A program made the position numbers and the translations under genes. The notes beneath the pieces are model-generated. The model was not told the DNA's origin. It saw nothing but the letters and a program-made list of their open reading frames with translations, and ran no database searches. From positions 186,001 to 250,000 of the forward strand of contig CBFFRP010000119.1 of the NCBI GenBank assembly GCA_965644295.1: a DNA stretch of 64,000 nucleotides. Direction: 5' to 3'. The stretch comes from Paraphysomonas bandaiensis (Eukaryota > Protista > Chrysophyceae). This document shows positions 10,661-24,400 of the stretch, one piece after another (the first letter of the stretch is position 1; the number at the start of each line of letters is the position of its first letter).

Positions 10661-13277
10661 ATAAATAATATCTTACAGTGATGTGATAGCACACAGAACA
10701 ATATTATACATTCATACATGATATATGACTATACATGATAATGTTATATTTTATTTGTTGTGTCATTCAATATTGTGCTACTAAATTCAATTGTGCTGTA
10801 TCTTCAGATGATAGCGACTCAATATAATAATGGTATTTCAGTATAAGTCGTTGGTACATAATATATAATATATATAACTCAATCATAGTTGATCAAATTG
10901 GTCCTATTATATTGTAAATCTACCAAATGCCATGCGTCGTAATGTGCAACTAGCTATTGCTAATATGTGATTACTGATTACATATATTTGATAATCAACG
11001 ACACTTGAACATCAAGACAAGTAGTTTAACATAGCAGCACCATGTAGTCGCGATACAAAATCAACTCGTTATATGGTTTGCGTAGCTTCCAATACTGTGT
11101 GATAACACATTTTATATGTTTCTCATATATTCAGCTCCGTAGAAGTATGAATTCTATAACCAATGTTATAATCATAATCTATCCCAACAAACACATGAGT
11201 TGTCACCAAGAGTAATATGCACGCTTTAACATTCATATCATGCCTTGATCAATGATACGTTCTACAACTTTATATCATTCCACTAGGTATTAGGAAGCTG
11301 TTACTTGCTCATTATCTAGCGACCCCTTAAACACGCCATAATTCCTTATGGGCCTTTAAATTATCTACACATGAATCAGTCTGTACATGAATTAGCCTAT
11401 TCATGCCCTCCGCCTTCCACAGCCTGTCAATTTAAGCCGTGTGGGTCCTCATATAGCCATCAACACCCCAACAATGCTTCCATATGGCATGGGCACAGAT
11501 ATTTTGTGAATACCCCAGATTTTTAGTAGGAAAGAAGAAACCACAGATATATGATCATAAAGTCCAAGTTTTTTAAATGAGATGAACAGTTTTAGTGTAA
11601 AATAGGCATGTCCACATGTTTCTGAAAAAGAACTCTCAATTGTCACAGACAGCCAATCAGCGTGTTCGAATTTCCATGTAACTTCAACTCTCTTCCTTCA
11701 TCCGACTTCTTTTTCTCTCTGAGTTGTTCAGTGGAGTCGTATGGCATAGTATCATATCATACAGCGCACTGTGTCTCTTAAATAAACTCTAAACATTCGT
11801 ATTCGACTAACAGTCTAATCGACGGGTATATCTGATTATCAAATGCCAGTTCTAACTCATATCAAGAGAAACTGGTTGCCTCGAACTATCTTTGGCATCA
11901 CATCACTCTTTTTCTTCACAGCTTTCGCATGTAAGTTAATCAATGAGAATTCTTGTACTTTCCTTGTCTGATTGTTTTTGATAGACGGGTATCCCCTTAA
12001 GTTTCACAGGGAAGTACGAAATGCTGCTGTAAAGAACGAAGAATGGACTGGCCATCGAAAAGAATCTGAGATACCGAAGAAATAATATGGTCGTACAAAC
12101 GGACTAAACCGCCCATATGACACCTGACGTTGTTCCTATTAATTAAAATTATATAAAAAGCAGGTGTTTAAGAGTAGAATATTTTGCCATTATTTTCATA
12201 TTGTCTTTTTAAATTCCATATATTATTTTATTTATTATTTGATACTACTATCAGGTTTGTTTACTTATTATTTAAATTACCTGCTTTCTTTAACTAAGTT
12301 CTAATAATAATATACTGAATTGTATAAATATTTGAAGCTGAGACGTTGTAGAAGTTCCCCTAAGTTTTCAGAAGTTTACCTTGTATATACATTGGTGATA
12401 TATTAAACCCGTTGTCTTACGAAAAGAAGTTTTCTCACAAGCATACGAGCGATGTGATCTGTGAAGCTGTTGACGAGATAACGATACATGATGTCTAAGT
12501 GCTAGATATGTACAATCTACATGAATCGTGCGTAGTACTACGAGTATACTAAATACATCAGATATGCCTACATATACAAGCTAATGAATTGATGCCACTG
12601 AATCGACTAGTTTTTATAATTATGTCGTAATGCTATAAGTAACATGTATAGCTATTTGGAGTTTTTTATATACTATGTTGTTAGAGGAGATAGGTGTTTA
12701 ATGAGTAACATTAGAAGAGAAACAAAGTATTGCTTTTACACATTAGATTAGGGTATGACAATTGTACTAGACTTACTCAAAATAATAAATAGGTCAAAAC
12801 TGTAATAATAGCTGCAGTAAAACGCACATAAAGGTGATTGTAAACGTGAAAGATGTGGTCGCACGAGGCTTTTTGTTGGCATTATCATCACATGTGTGTA
12901 CATCACACAATCCTGATGAGCAAGATGTGGCTCAATCCTTGAAATGACTGGAACTGGATTTCACTCTTTTTTAATACTCTAGAAGTACTGGTTAGACGCC
13001 CTGGCAGAAAAACCGCTTGTATTGACATAACAACGATTATCTACTTCAAACGGCGCCGAATGGGTGGAACACAACTTAGAGTGTTTTACGATCTGATTGT
13101 GAAAGGTTTGCTACTCTGAAATCACTTTGAAATAACTAAAAGAATATAGTTTGATTTTAAGCTAGTTGAAGCTAAATGTTTATATTTCTCGGTGTCAATA
13201 TAAACGTTCTATTGAGCCCTATTTTCGTAAATAAACTTTTTCAAAACAAAATGTGGATATTATTAAAAATTACCAAC

Positions 13278-14430
13278 TCATGGCTCAGGACTGGCCTCTG
13301 ATTTATTCCACCTACATAGCAGTGAAAGCTCCGTATATAGAGTGACGGCTGGATACATGAAATGCATATCCACGAATGTAGCATGACCCACCGCAAGGCA
13401 ATTCTTTGTTCCTCGTATCAAATTATCAGCGTTGGCTAAATAGATATCCATGAGGTCAATATATGGTAGATACCGCGTATCCATAAGATGTTATGACAAT
13501 GGCTTGTAAAACACCCTTAACAGTATAGATCTAGCGTATTATTTTTAATGTTGATAAGATATTTCACAAAACAATCGCATTCACACAAACGGCAGCAATG
13601 ATCTATCGGTAAATGGTTGAACTCAACAATAATAATTCAAAACAGACAGATTTTAATGATGTATACAAACATGGTGTACACTCTATGGTGAGTTACTGCT
13701 TTACTGCAAGCATTGCTAATCACTTTCAACGACAACTCAACTCACCGAAAACAATGATAGCCATAACTACTACGCACGAGAAGGTAACGATAGAGCAACT
13801 CCTGGCACCACTCCATATCACATTTATGCATGATGTGGTGCTGGTGATGTGGAAAATACATACCGCCGTACTTGATAGCAGTATTTTCATTAATACTCAG
13901 AGAATACAGAGAACATGAGAACTGGGTTAAACGGGATTCTTCGAACATATGGAAAGAGGAAGTAAACTTCAACCGAGTGTTCTTTTCTGATGTCAGTCCG
14001 AAGAAATCTTTCGAAGATACCTTCAAGGGTCACTTGACTTCATCGTCCAAAGAAGTGTACAGGTCATCATTATTACGTTCCGGAAGAAGCAGTCTGTTGG
14101 AAGATTATAACACTCATTTCTATACTTAACAATCAAACTAACTCACATTACATCAATATGGTACTCTCAATAATCAGAAATCACTGGAAAGCCTTCGCTG
14201 TTGGTGGAGTCATTTGCTACGGTATCTCCTTAGTGATCGAAGCTAACCGCCGCCTTGAATTGAGGTCGTCAGCTTGTAACACAGCTGAGTTTGCGGGTTA
14301 TAAGAACCGCACCTCTGATTTCCCTAAGAAATAAGCTCACCTGGAGCTATGGCTGTAGTCAATCACCTTGAGGTGGTTAGCACCCGGAGCAGTAGTTTGT
14401 GCGTGATATGACGACACGTTACCAGCATAG
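13278..14430 (-). pseudogene. Decayed spliced gene of unknown family
   Basis: Protein-like fragments (PYIDLMDIYLANAD..GHATFVDMHFMYPAVTLYTEL; KDFFGLTSEKNTRLKF) with relic splice sites (CAG|GTGAGC near 14341) and multiple stops or frameshifts. Confidence 0.35.
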
Positions 14431-15258
14431 CATAATACTTGTGCTATTATCATACATTAGATCTACGATTTAATGGCATTTATAATATCCACATTGAGAA
14501 TCACGTTTATACACATATATGATATCACCTTAGCAGTATATACTTTTATCTGAAAATATAAATATCACAGTTACGATAATAAGAATTAATTGTACATATG
14601 GAAAGACAACCTTAACGCAATCCAGAACAGAAGCGATGCAGAATCTACGACTACACACATATAAAGTGTACATAATCCTAAGCTATTACCACCGCATATA
14701 TTTCTTTTTCTGTATTATATAGCTGCGAAGGATATAGATATTGTAAAACTCTACTACATTAAGCGTTAAGCAAGTGTTCTTTCATGTGCGAAATGTATGT
14801 GACACATGTATTCGTTAGCAGTATGTAGTACTCATAGTGTTATAACATCAAATAGGTTTTCTAATTCTTTGCCCATTATCTCCATCTGCTGATGTATATA
14901 CGATATAGCTTCAAATTTACAACAACCCAATTAAATCATAACGAATATAGACAGGTGACAGTTTGTATATAGCTAATATTCGCGAAATAAAGGCATTGTG
15001 AGTTGCGAGAAACTTGTGCGCGAAAGACCATATGCGTAATATGAATAACCGTTGTAACCGCGCACATTTTCAGATACTGTAATCTTTACAAAATGCATAA
15101 TAGATATTAGTAGAATTATGTGTCGCAACACCTCTAACAACGTGTACTGCATGTGAACCATGAATGTTCAAATCAAATAGAGTCTATGGTGAAAAAGGTG
15201 CTGCTGCTACTTCATGCTATTACTCTAGACATTATGTATACTACTCCAGATGCCCTAT

Positions 15259-16969
15259 TTAAATGATATACTTCTTGAGGTCGGTAGCGTTGAGATAGTC
15301 TTTAACTTTTTCCCGCACGTACAACTCATCAATTTCAATGGAAGTGTTTGGCGTATCAGATGCACTGAACGAGATCTCCTCCATTATTCGCTCAACGACA
15401 GTGTGAAGTCTTCTCGCGCCAATATTCTCGACGGTACGGTTGACCTGTTGAACAGATGACTCTCAGCACATGGAAGAGTACACGATGACAATAATACCTC
15501 AAAAGCAATTTTAGCAATCTCTCGAATAGCACTCTCAGTGAATGACAGAGTTACCGACTCGGACTTCATTAGCTCCACCTAAACAAAATTAATTCTCGGT
15601 TAACATCATGTATAGTTGCGAGTACCTGTTGTCTGAGGAGATTATTCACGGGTTCGGTTAGGATTCTGTAGAGATCGTTTTCAGTAAGTCCCGCAAGGTT
15701 TACTCTTATTGGCAATCGCCCTTGCAACTCTGGAAGCAAATCAGACGGCTTGGCAGAGTGAAACGATCCCGCAGCAATAAACAAAATATACTCCGTATTT
15801 ATGTTTCCCTTCTTCGTGCTAACAACAGTGCCTTCCACGATGGGTAGCAAGTCTCTTTGAACTCCTTCAGCGGAAGCATCCGAACCCCTCGATGTGTCTG
15901 ACGACGAGACAATTTTATCTATCTCATCGATGACAACAACCCCGGACTGCTCCACCGCATGTATAGCCTCTTTATTTATATCGTGCTGGTCAATGAGCTT
16001 TTCGGATTCACTTTCCTCGAGGACCTCACGTGCTTCAGCGATTGACATTCGGCGGCGTTCTGTTGAATTCTTGGATATTGATACAATCTTTTTCATCGCG
16101 TCTACTGCTTGAGGGTTGTTGCCAAATACGCCATCGAAAGCAGAATCATTTGAAGGCTTCGGGACTTCGACATCGATTTCTTGACTATCCAAGGAACCAT
16201 CCCTGTACAAACAATGTCAAAGAAATAAACAACAATTATGCTTCATATCGTCATAATAAGCACTAACATAACCTGAGAAGTGCCCTGTATCTTGCTAATT
16301 CGTTAGCATCAGCGTGTACTCCAATCAAACTCCGGAGAATCCTTTCCTCTACATTTTGAGCAACAGTTTCCTTTACTCTCTACGATACCAGTAACAAATA
16401 GTGGGTACATTCTTGTAAACACAAACCTCTTTTATTTTTCTGCGGGTCATATTTATCGAGACATCCACCAAGTCCTTTATGATGTTATTTACATCTTGTC
16501 CATGATATCCCACTTCCGTGTATTTCGTTGCCTCTGTACGTAAAAAAGGTGCATCCGCCAGTTTAGCTAAACGCCTAGCTATTTCCGTTTTACCACACCC
16601 AGTCGAACCAATCATAAGTATATTTTTAGGAATTATCTATTCCGAAGTATGTAAGAGTAACGAACGAATTATTTCTTTTTGCTATACCTCATTTTTAATC
16701 TCTATTGGTAGGTGTTGACGACGCCAGCGGTTGCGAAACGCTATCGCTACTGCACGTTTGGCATCATTCTGTCCAATAATATAATCGTCCAAATATTTAA
16801 CAACTTCTTTCGGGGTCATTGCCTGCGTGACCGGGTGCACTGTGCTGTTGGACGGCTCAGCAGTGGCGGGCTCATGTACAGCCTCTGCAGCCGTTGAGAA
16901 TTTGGGAAAAGAAACCCTGAAGGGTGTAGGAGAGTAGAGCAACCTGCTCGTTCTTCGTAAGGCCATCAT
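15259..16969 (-). CDS. hslU: Mitochondrial HslU (ClpY) AAA+ ATPase subunit of the HslUV protease, multi-exon
   Basis: [34 protein letters not shown], Walker [64 protein letters not shown]-terminus is Arg/Ser-rich, like a presequence. Confidence 0.95.
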
Positions 16970-17818
16970 TTTATCTGAAAAATATCCTCTAGGAGCTGAA
17001 AGATAGCAGTTCCATTAGATATAAATAATACATATAGGAATACACAATAAACAAACTATGATCGTAACTAATTACCTGTTGAAGTGGTTGATAGGGTACT
17101 GGAGACAGGTATGTGATGCGACGACTCTAACTATGGAGATATAGACAGAACAGATTGAAATAAGTCGAGTCGAGTCGATGTAGTGATGAGTTACCCACTT
17201 AAACCAACCTCTAGTAGAAGGGTTACTAATATACAGCGCAGTAGTTGTGATAGTCGTGCGCTGTATGCTGTATACTATCCAGTGAGTACACTGACTGTCG
17301 GGTGGTGTTCTTTCTCTCTGTCTGCTTTTTTGTGGTGGTTAGAAGCAGTAGTACTTGCCCTGTAGTCTATCGTACTTTGCTCGTCCCTACCACTGTAGAT
17401 AGTGGTATACATCAGTGTATTCTTTGTAGTGCCAATGGTATGATGTATCACACTGCTGTACATGCTCTCTATACCAATCGCAATGGGGTTTCACTCTTAA
17501 TATCTAAACAATTACGTGTAGGAATTAGAGCTCCTGCTGTGCTCTATAAAGTTCGTAGTGTAGATGAAAGCACAATTATAGGTTTCCAATCATGAAAATA
17601 GGCATAATCTCTGTACTCGGGAAGGAGTATTGCGGGTATACGGTATACGTATACAGTCTGCATCTAGAGTACATATACCTCTGTATACTGCTGTATACTG
17701 CTGTATATGTGGAGCTGTATGATGATGCATAGCTAAGAGCACTGGGACTATCCCACCAACATAACAATACACTGCTACCTCCAGTGCTGCTACCCCTCCA
17801 CCACTGCTCCCCCCACCA

Positions 17819-18600
17819 ATGTCTGAGGTGCTCGTTCCATTCATCAACTGTCTTCTTGTGCTAGACGGCGATGGAGACCGCATCATAGCGAAATATTATG
17901 ATAAGAGATCGAAATCAGATCAGAGTCGATTTGAGTTAACTCTACATAAGAAAACAAAGAACCTCTCATTCAGATCAGATGGTTAACATTCACAGTCAAT
18001 CAAGTAACGTATAACTGATGTGTGTAGCTGAAATCATTCTTCTTGATCATGAGCTGGTCGTTATTAAGGGCTCATCTGATTGTCGGATAATAATTAGCGG
18101 CTCAGTGGATGAGGTATGATATTGTTAGGATTACACGGCTACCTATGTTATTTGTTGATTATCAGAATGAGTTAGTACTCGTGAATGTGTTGGATGCGAT
18201 CCACGATACCGTTTTAGCCCTCCTTCGTGGTCAACTTGACAAGCGCACTATGCTGGACAATCTTGAGCTAGTTTTGCTCACCATTGATGAAGTGGTAGGT
18301 CAAATGTGATGCACATGCATTCATATTAAAGAAGTTTAACTTGCGGTGTATAGATTGACAACGGACAGATTATGGAGCTCGACGCGAGTGCTGTGGCATC
18401 TCGCGTATTGATGAAGGGGTCCGCTGAATCCAGCATGGGAGGGGGAAGCATGGTAAGGGTTATCGTGTGAAGGATAATTTCATTGACGAATGTCTTTGTT
18501 GTAGTCTAATCCTGGCAATACCGGTGGTGATATGACTATTTCACAAGCTCTCGGACTCGCTAGAAATCAGTTCATTAAGTCATTAACGTCTGGCAACTAG
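17819..18600 (+). CDS. COPZ1: Coatomer subunit zeta, 5 exons
   Basis: LLVLDGDGDRIIAKYY...NELVLVNVLDAIHDTV..LRGQLDKRTMLDNLELVLLTIDEV|IDNGQIMELD...TISQALGLARNQFIKSL. Confidence 0.93.
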
Positions 18601-19907
18601 CTGTTTAGTACTAAAATGGTTGGTCTGGTCTCGGTGAAACCTGCTTATGGATAAAAATTAGGCGGTATCACCAAGCCATTTCTGTGGTTGATTAGCTGGT
18701 AAGTATATTGTTTGAATTATGCTTCGAAGTAGTGTATGGTAGTCATCCTAAGTATATATTAATATATTCATGAGAGTACTCATTAGAATCCATCGTGCGA
18801 TTTCTCCACAAAAAAAGCATATTGTTCATTCTGACATCACTTGTTGATCTTTAAGATATTTGACTCAAGCAATATGTAGGGCTAAGCATAAGTAATAACC
18901 GTAAGTAGCTTTTTTATCGTTTTTTTGTCCCCTCTCATAGGATAAGTACAAAAGTACGGGATTTTGTTGTACCAACCGCAAAAACCTGTAACTGTTAAAA
19001 CATCTCTAGATATAACTAAATATTTTTCTTCTCTGGAAAAAATGATTCAAATTCACTGCTATTCTTCTTTGCCACATTCTGAAGACCACAGACGTTGCCA
19101 AAATATTCCCACATTTTCAGCCCCTGTCACCTCTTTGGAAACCCTGTTACAGGGCCTGGAAACTGGAAACTAGAAACCATTTTAAGGAAACATTAAAACT
19201 GAAAAATAATCTTCTGGTGGCTATAAAAGTATTCTTACTGTTTGAACATTCTATTCAAACAAGAGGATATTTTTAATGACACGTAAATAATTATTTCTGA
19301 AACTGTAAGTAGGCGGTGAATTTATTCTTCCTTTCTGCTGTGTGTTGAAATTAATTCCACATCACGTTCATATATGAGTTATGAAGTAGAGGTTGTACCT
19401 TGGGAATGGAATGATACTGGTGCAATAGGTTAGACCTAGAACATAATAGACGCAGAGTGACTACTTATTATAAGAATATATATTTCATAATATTATCTTG
19501 CTACAATACTATATTATTACTTTGTTATGAACACTTTTTGCAAACCATTCATATAATTTTTCATATTACCATTAACACTAATCGTAGAAAACTAAGCTTG
19601 CACTCAAAAATTTTAACGTTTGCTAAATATTTGCTTCTAGTGTAATGCTGGTACCTGTTAATTAATGGTAGCGTCGATGACTAAGTAGAGAATATCGTTC
19701 ATACTAGCTAAGATAGTGCGGCGTCTTGATTAAATTATTGCTATTTTAGAGGTTAAATAACTGAATTACAAATCATAACTACTTTATACCTACACATCAT
19801 CATTGTTATCGCTCATCACTGGCACAACATAAGCATCACGAAGCGGGTACTTATATTGTCGAGCATATGTTACTTCAAGAAAACAGTACTGCTTAACCGT
19901 ATTACAT

Positions 19908-20327
19908 GAACACCCTTAACAAAGTCAGACTCACACCTTTTCGTGGTGTTCTGGGGGATAAGTACCGGAGATATTTCTCCGGGAAACTACCGTGAGCCGC
20001 CACTATATATTAGTCAGCAGATATTGTTCTGCCCACTCATAGCCTGATGCTTGTGTGGTACAAGAGGGACACTATAGTATCCGGGCTGTTTACTTAAGGA
20101 TTTAAAAAATCCTGAAGTCAGCAGATGTCAGGTATATATATATATCAACCTTCTGCTTGATTGGTCACTGCGGAAGTGATTTCACCTTGGTGTTACGATG
20201 ACGCACAAGCAGCTTTAGTATCTTTAAATAGTAGGGTACCAGAGTTAAACACTAGTTAGTTATGTTGCAATGCTAAATTTGTTCTGACTCTTAGACGCCT
20301 GTTGCTAATAACAAGGCATATTCACTA
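19908..20327 (+). mobile_element. Short internally deleted (SINE/SIDE-like) retroelement copy joining the conserved structured 5' end to the 3' end seen at 3990-4180
   Basis: 19911-20159 matches 49771-50138 and the reverse complements of 20753-20893 and 37930-38208. 20170-20327 matches 3992-4178 (GGAAGTG..CACCTTGGTG..GACGCACAAGCAGCTT..TTAAATAGTAGG..ACGCCT.TTGCTAA). Confidence 0.75.
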
Positions 20328-20752
20328 CTGTTACATCTGCTGGTTCACAGATGAAATGACATGCTAGTAATTATAGTATAAGATCGTGACTATCTAAGAT
20401 GATAATATAATAGTAATTGGTAGTTAAGAAAACATGAATTCAGTTAATGTAAGTGCATTATATGAGAATCTAGATACTGATTATAATATAGTGTGTATAC
20501 AAATTTCACTTAATTATAGTTTAAACCTTTCAAAATACCTAAACTTTATAAACGCTAAGAGAATCAGGCACTTCAATTGTTGCTCACGAACTATTTTCAA
20601 ACTCTTATATTCTTAAGTTTACCGCTGATAATAGGCGCAAATATATCACAAATAAGCTGTAGCGTTGCACTAACGTTATCTAGAGTTTTTTCAGAGACTA
20701 TAGAGGAGAAACAATAATTTATAATAATATATTATTACCTTTAAAACATATA

Positions 20753-20893
20753 GCACAAGCATTAGGCTATGAGTGGGCAGAACAATATCTGTTGACTATA
20801 TACTATGCTGCTCACGTTAGTTTCCCGAAGAAATATCTCTGGTACTTATCCCCCAGAACACCACGAAAAGGTGTGAGTCTGACTTTGTTCAGG
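20753..20893 (-). repeat. 5'-end fragment of the same retroelement family
   Basis: Reverse complement of AACAAAGTCAGACTCACACCTTTTCGTGGTGTTCTGGGGGATAAGTACC...CTGCCCACTCATAGCC. Confidence 0.85.
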
Positions 20894-20979
20894 ATGAGAA
20901 TGAGAAACTTTTCATATAAAAAGTTCCATTATAACACCAAACAACATGGCTCATGGTTATGGAAAAAAGTTCCATTATA

Positions 20980-21043
20980 ACAGTAATAATATTGATGGAT
21001 TTTTATGCCGGTCGGCCAATGAATACATTGTTCCCTAGCCCTG
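20980..21043. mobile_element. Solo hAT family-A-like terminus
   Basis: ATATTGATGGATTTTT...ACATTGTTCCCTAGCCCTG resembles the ends of the 5952-7139 and 9868-10660 elements. No partner end found. Confidence 0.55.
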
Positions 21044-21427
21044 ATATTACTATTACAAGTAACACGGCACAAGCGGATTGATAATCGTAAGTCTTTCTAT
21101 TACAAATTTTGAATTACTTGTGCAGAATTTTATAGAAATATAAATTTTTATATAGAATATGTACTGCTCACTATTATTTCATTGCATATTTCGTAAACTG
21201 CACTGACCTCTATCATTGATGAATTAGATATCTCAATACGTTATGGCACTAATACCACACAAGGAAAGACACACAAAGATTAAAATCGTTCATGTTTGGC
21301 TCATGAGCAGTAGTTATGTCATGAGTCAGAAGCATGAGATAATTGATGACTGAATGCAGCTATTAATTACTATTATTGTATAGGATGCAACTAGAAAAAA
21401 TTATTTTATGACAATATGTATTCGTTC

Positions 21428-24400
21428 TTATTCTGACAACTTCATTGAGAGTCGAATACCCATGCCAGCGAGCTCATTTGTTAGGTAGCGGAACACATAT
21501 GGCATCTGGACAGCTCGCACGCCTTTATCTGATTTACAGAGGTTGCAATATTGTTTCCGATGCTGTCCGCGAATCGAGGACGAGCCATGAGCGCTGGCTA
21601 CGATATCATTCCTCTGAGACTTTGCATGAACAGTCAGCATATCTCCACAGGAAGAGCATACATAAGCAGTATGAAGATCAGAGCAGTTAAGCAGACGGTC
21701 ATGAAGACAGAAAGCCACACCATGACTTAGTAGCGCATCACGTTCCATCTCTCCAAGTCGAATACCACCATGACGTTTACGACCCTTAACAGGCTGCCTG
21801 GTAACAGCCATGACAGGACCTGTGGAACGTGCCTGCGACTTATCACTAACCATGTGTCTCAAACGCTGATAGTACACCACGCCGATAAAGATATCAGCAG
21901 TCATAACTGTCCCTGTAACCCCACTATACATGGGCTCCGAGCCATAATAGTGATACCCTGCATCCCTCAACTGATCACCGAAGTAGTCAATCACCTTCTG
22001 CTCCTCATGGAACCGAAACGGCGTGGAATCCTGGTATATACCATGCATTGCTCCAGCTTTACCAGCCATAGATTCTGCCATAGACACTGTTAACACTCAT
22101 TCACAGGCAATTATATACCAATACATACCTATAAGCATTCCAATCGTCATTCTCGAAGGGAAGGCATGGGGGTTGATCATAATATCCGGTGTCATGCCAC
22201 CTTCAGTAAACGGCATATCTTGTTGTGGCCAAAGAACAGAAAGGGTTCCTTTCTGACCGTGCCGACTGCTGAATTTGTCCCCAATAATTGGGTTACGACA
22301 ATACCGCATGGTAATGCTGACTCGGCGCAATGAAGAGGCATTGGAGCCCTTTCCAGAGCGAGATGAAGTGGAGGGACCTAATACGCGAACAGTGTCTACA
22401 AATGCACGCTCGGTCTCTTTATGCTTGATAATTCGGTGTTCACCAGTCATGTCATCAATCAGACAGCATATTGGATCTCCAGTGGTGACAATATCGCCTT
22501 CATGGGGAAGGCCGTCAAAGTCAAGTACATCGCAGTACTTTTCCACTTCATCGGACATTGCTCCCATGGTTCCCAGGTTAGATGGCTTTAGATTACCGAA
22601 TCTGAATTTAGCGGTGCGTCAGCACATACATAAATGTGGGGAGAAGAAAAATAAATCAAACAGAAATATGCTGGATATACTTGAAGCTGTGCATAACTAA
22701 GTCGACAATAATAATATACTCAATCGTCACAAACATACAGTCTCAATGCTGCATTGAAAAAGACACAGATGCATACTCTTACCTCAGAGTAATTCTTCCC
22801 CCATCTTTGCTCATTTTTTTCTCTTCCTCCTCTAGATCGATCGTTGCGGTCTTGTACACACTGCCATGCATAAATCCCCTCTCATAGGCAGCCTTGTTGA
22901 TGATCATGGCATCTTCCATATCATATCCGGTATATGCGATCACCGCAACAATTGCATTCGTTCCTTGTGGATACTGATCCATCATGTACTCCTGTTGGGC
23001 TTTGTTTTGGACCAATGGGATCTCAGGGGTCTGAATACGATACATTTTATTATCTGTGCGATGTTTATGCGCATGGACTGGAGTCCCCATGGTCTGCTTT
23101 CCCATCTGACACTGATACATATTACGGGGACTCTGGTTGCAGTCACTGAAGGGAGTGAGTGCTGCAATCTGGCTGAGCATAATATCCGGTGACAATTCCG
23201 CATGAGTGGTCTCCGGCCTAACATCCTCAGCCAAACATGCAATGTCCATGTACACTTGCTCCATAGGCCCAATCCACTCAATTTCATTGGTCGCTAAATG
23301 GCGTACTTGTCGAATAAACCTCGCCGGTTGTGTGAATATGTAAAGACCGGGGTAGCTTCCACCTCCTGGTGAGTCTGCAGGCTGCACGGGGAAATACGCT
23401 AATTCTGTTGTAGGATCTAGTTGGAGCATTTTACCGTTTTGCATCATTGGCCGAACTTTCAGCAGCCTTAATCTAGCCACGAGCTCTGCCGCGCGATTGG
23501 ATTGAACACCTCCAATGACCTCCCCGTCCAGAAGGACAGAGATGCAGTCCGTACTCAGCATAGCATGACCGTCCCCTCCTCCTTTGCCAGCAGGAAGAAC
23601 ACCGACAGATATAAGGAGAGATTTGAGGTCCTTCCCCACAGGTGGAGGGCATGTAGAGTCAGAGGTATGGGGAGGCTGCAGCAGGCCAGAAGGGGTTGTT
23701 GGTAACCGAACAGAGGGAGGGTACGACAAAACCACAGCGTCACGGGCCCTAGGCGACAATAAATGGTGATCATACTACGCATGGTACTCCACGTACATGT
23801 GATTTAAAAGCCCACAAGGAGATCCATCTGGTGTGTGGACAGGACACAGAAATCCCCATGACTCCGGCAAGAGCTTTCGCACCGCTGTCGTTTTCATAGT
23901 GGTAAAAAATTGCCCTCTATAGAATGCAATGTAAGCAAAGGTAGTCGTAAGCAATTCAGATTCACACGTATCAGCAATGATAACAGTACGTATATAAACT
24001 CATAGTGGTACATTTATAGACCCACACCTGTGAACACTTTGGAAATGTGACATGTATCTAAAGATATTAAGTCGTTCGGCAACAACAGTGAAGCCGGAAA
24101 CCTACGTACAAGTCGTAATGAATATATGAAAATGTATGTCACACTAAATATACCTGCATTAAATCAAGGCCACTAGAAGATATCAAGTTTCCTGTACTTA
24201 AAAATGTGCCAATCTTGGATCCAATACCATTACCAAACCGGTCACATATTTTCTGAAAATAACTGACTGACTGGATGTCTGCAAGGCACCTAAACATACC
24301 ACTTAAAAGTCAGCAGTGGGTAACATACAACAGACGTAAATATAACACTAAACCGATCACTCACTTCGTAGAATTCATACGGTAATCTTTAATGATCATG

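Noticed and set aside
11200-12130. Decayed coding sequence on the minus strand
   Set aside because: Protein-like patches but many stops and no assignable motif.
14265-14395. SRP RNA-like motifs (GCTTGTAAC and TGAGG...GAGCAG)
   Set aside because: Spacing is too short for 7SL, helix 8 pairs poorly, and the region is better explained as exons and an intron of a minus-strand pseudogene.
19140-19180. Third hAT-like terminus CAGGGCCTGGAAAC
   Set aside because: No matching opposite end or TSD found.
22602-22780. Intronic snoRNA in the unusually long RPA2 intron
   Set aside because: Only a weak GTGACGA/CTGA pair, with no identifiable guide.
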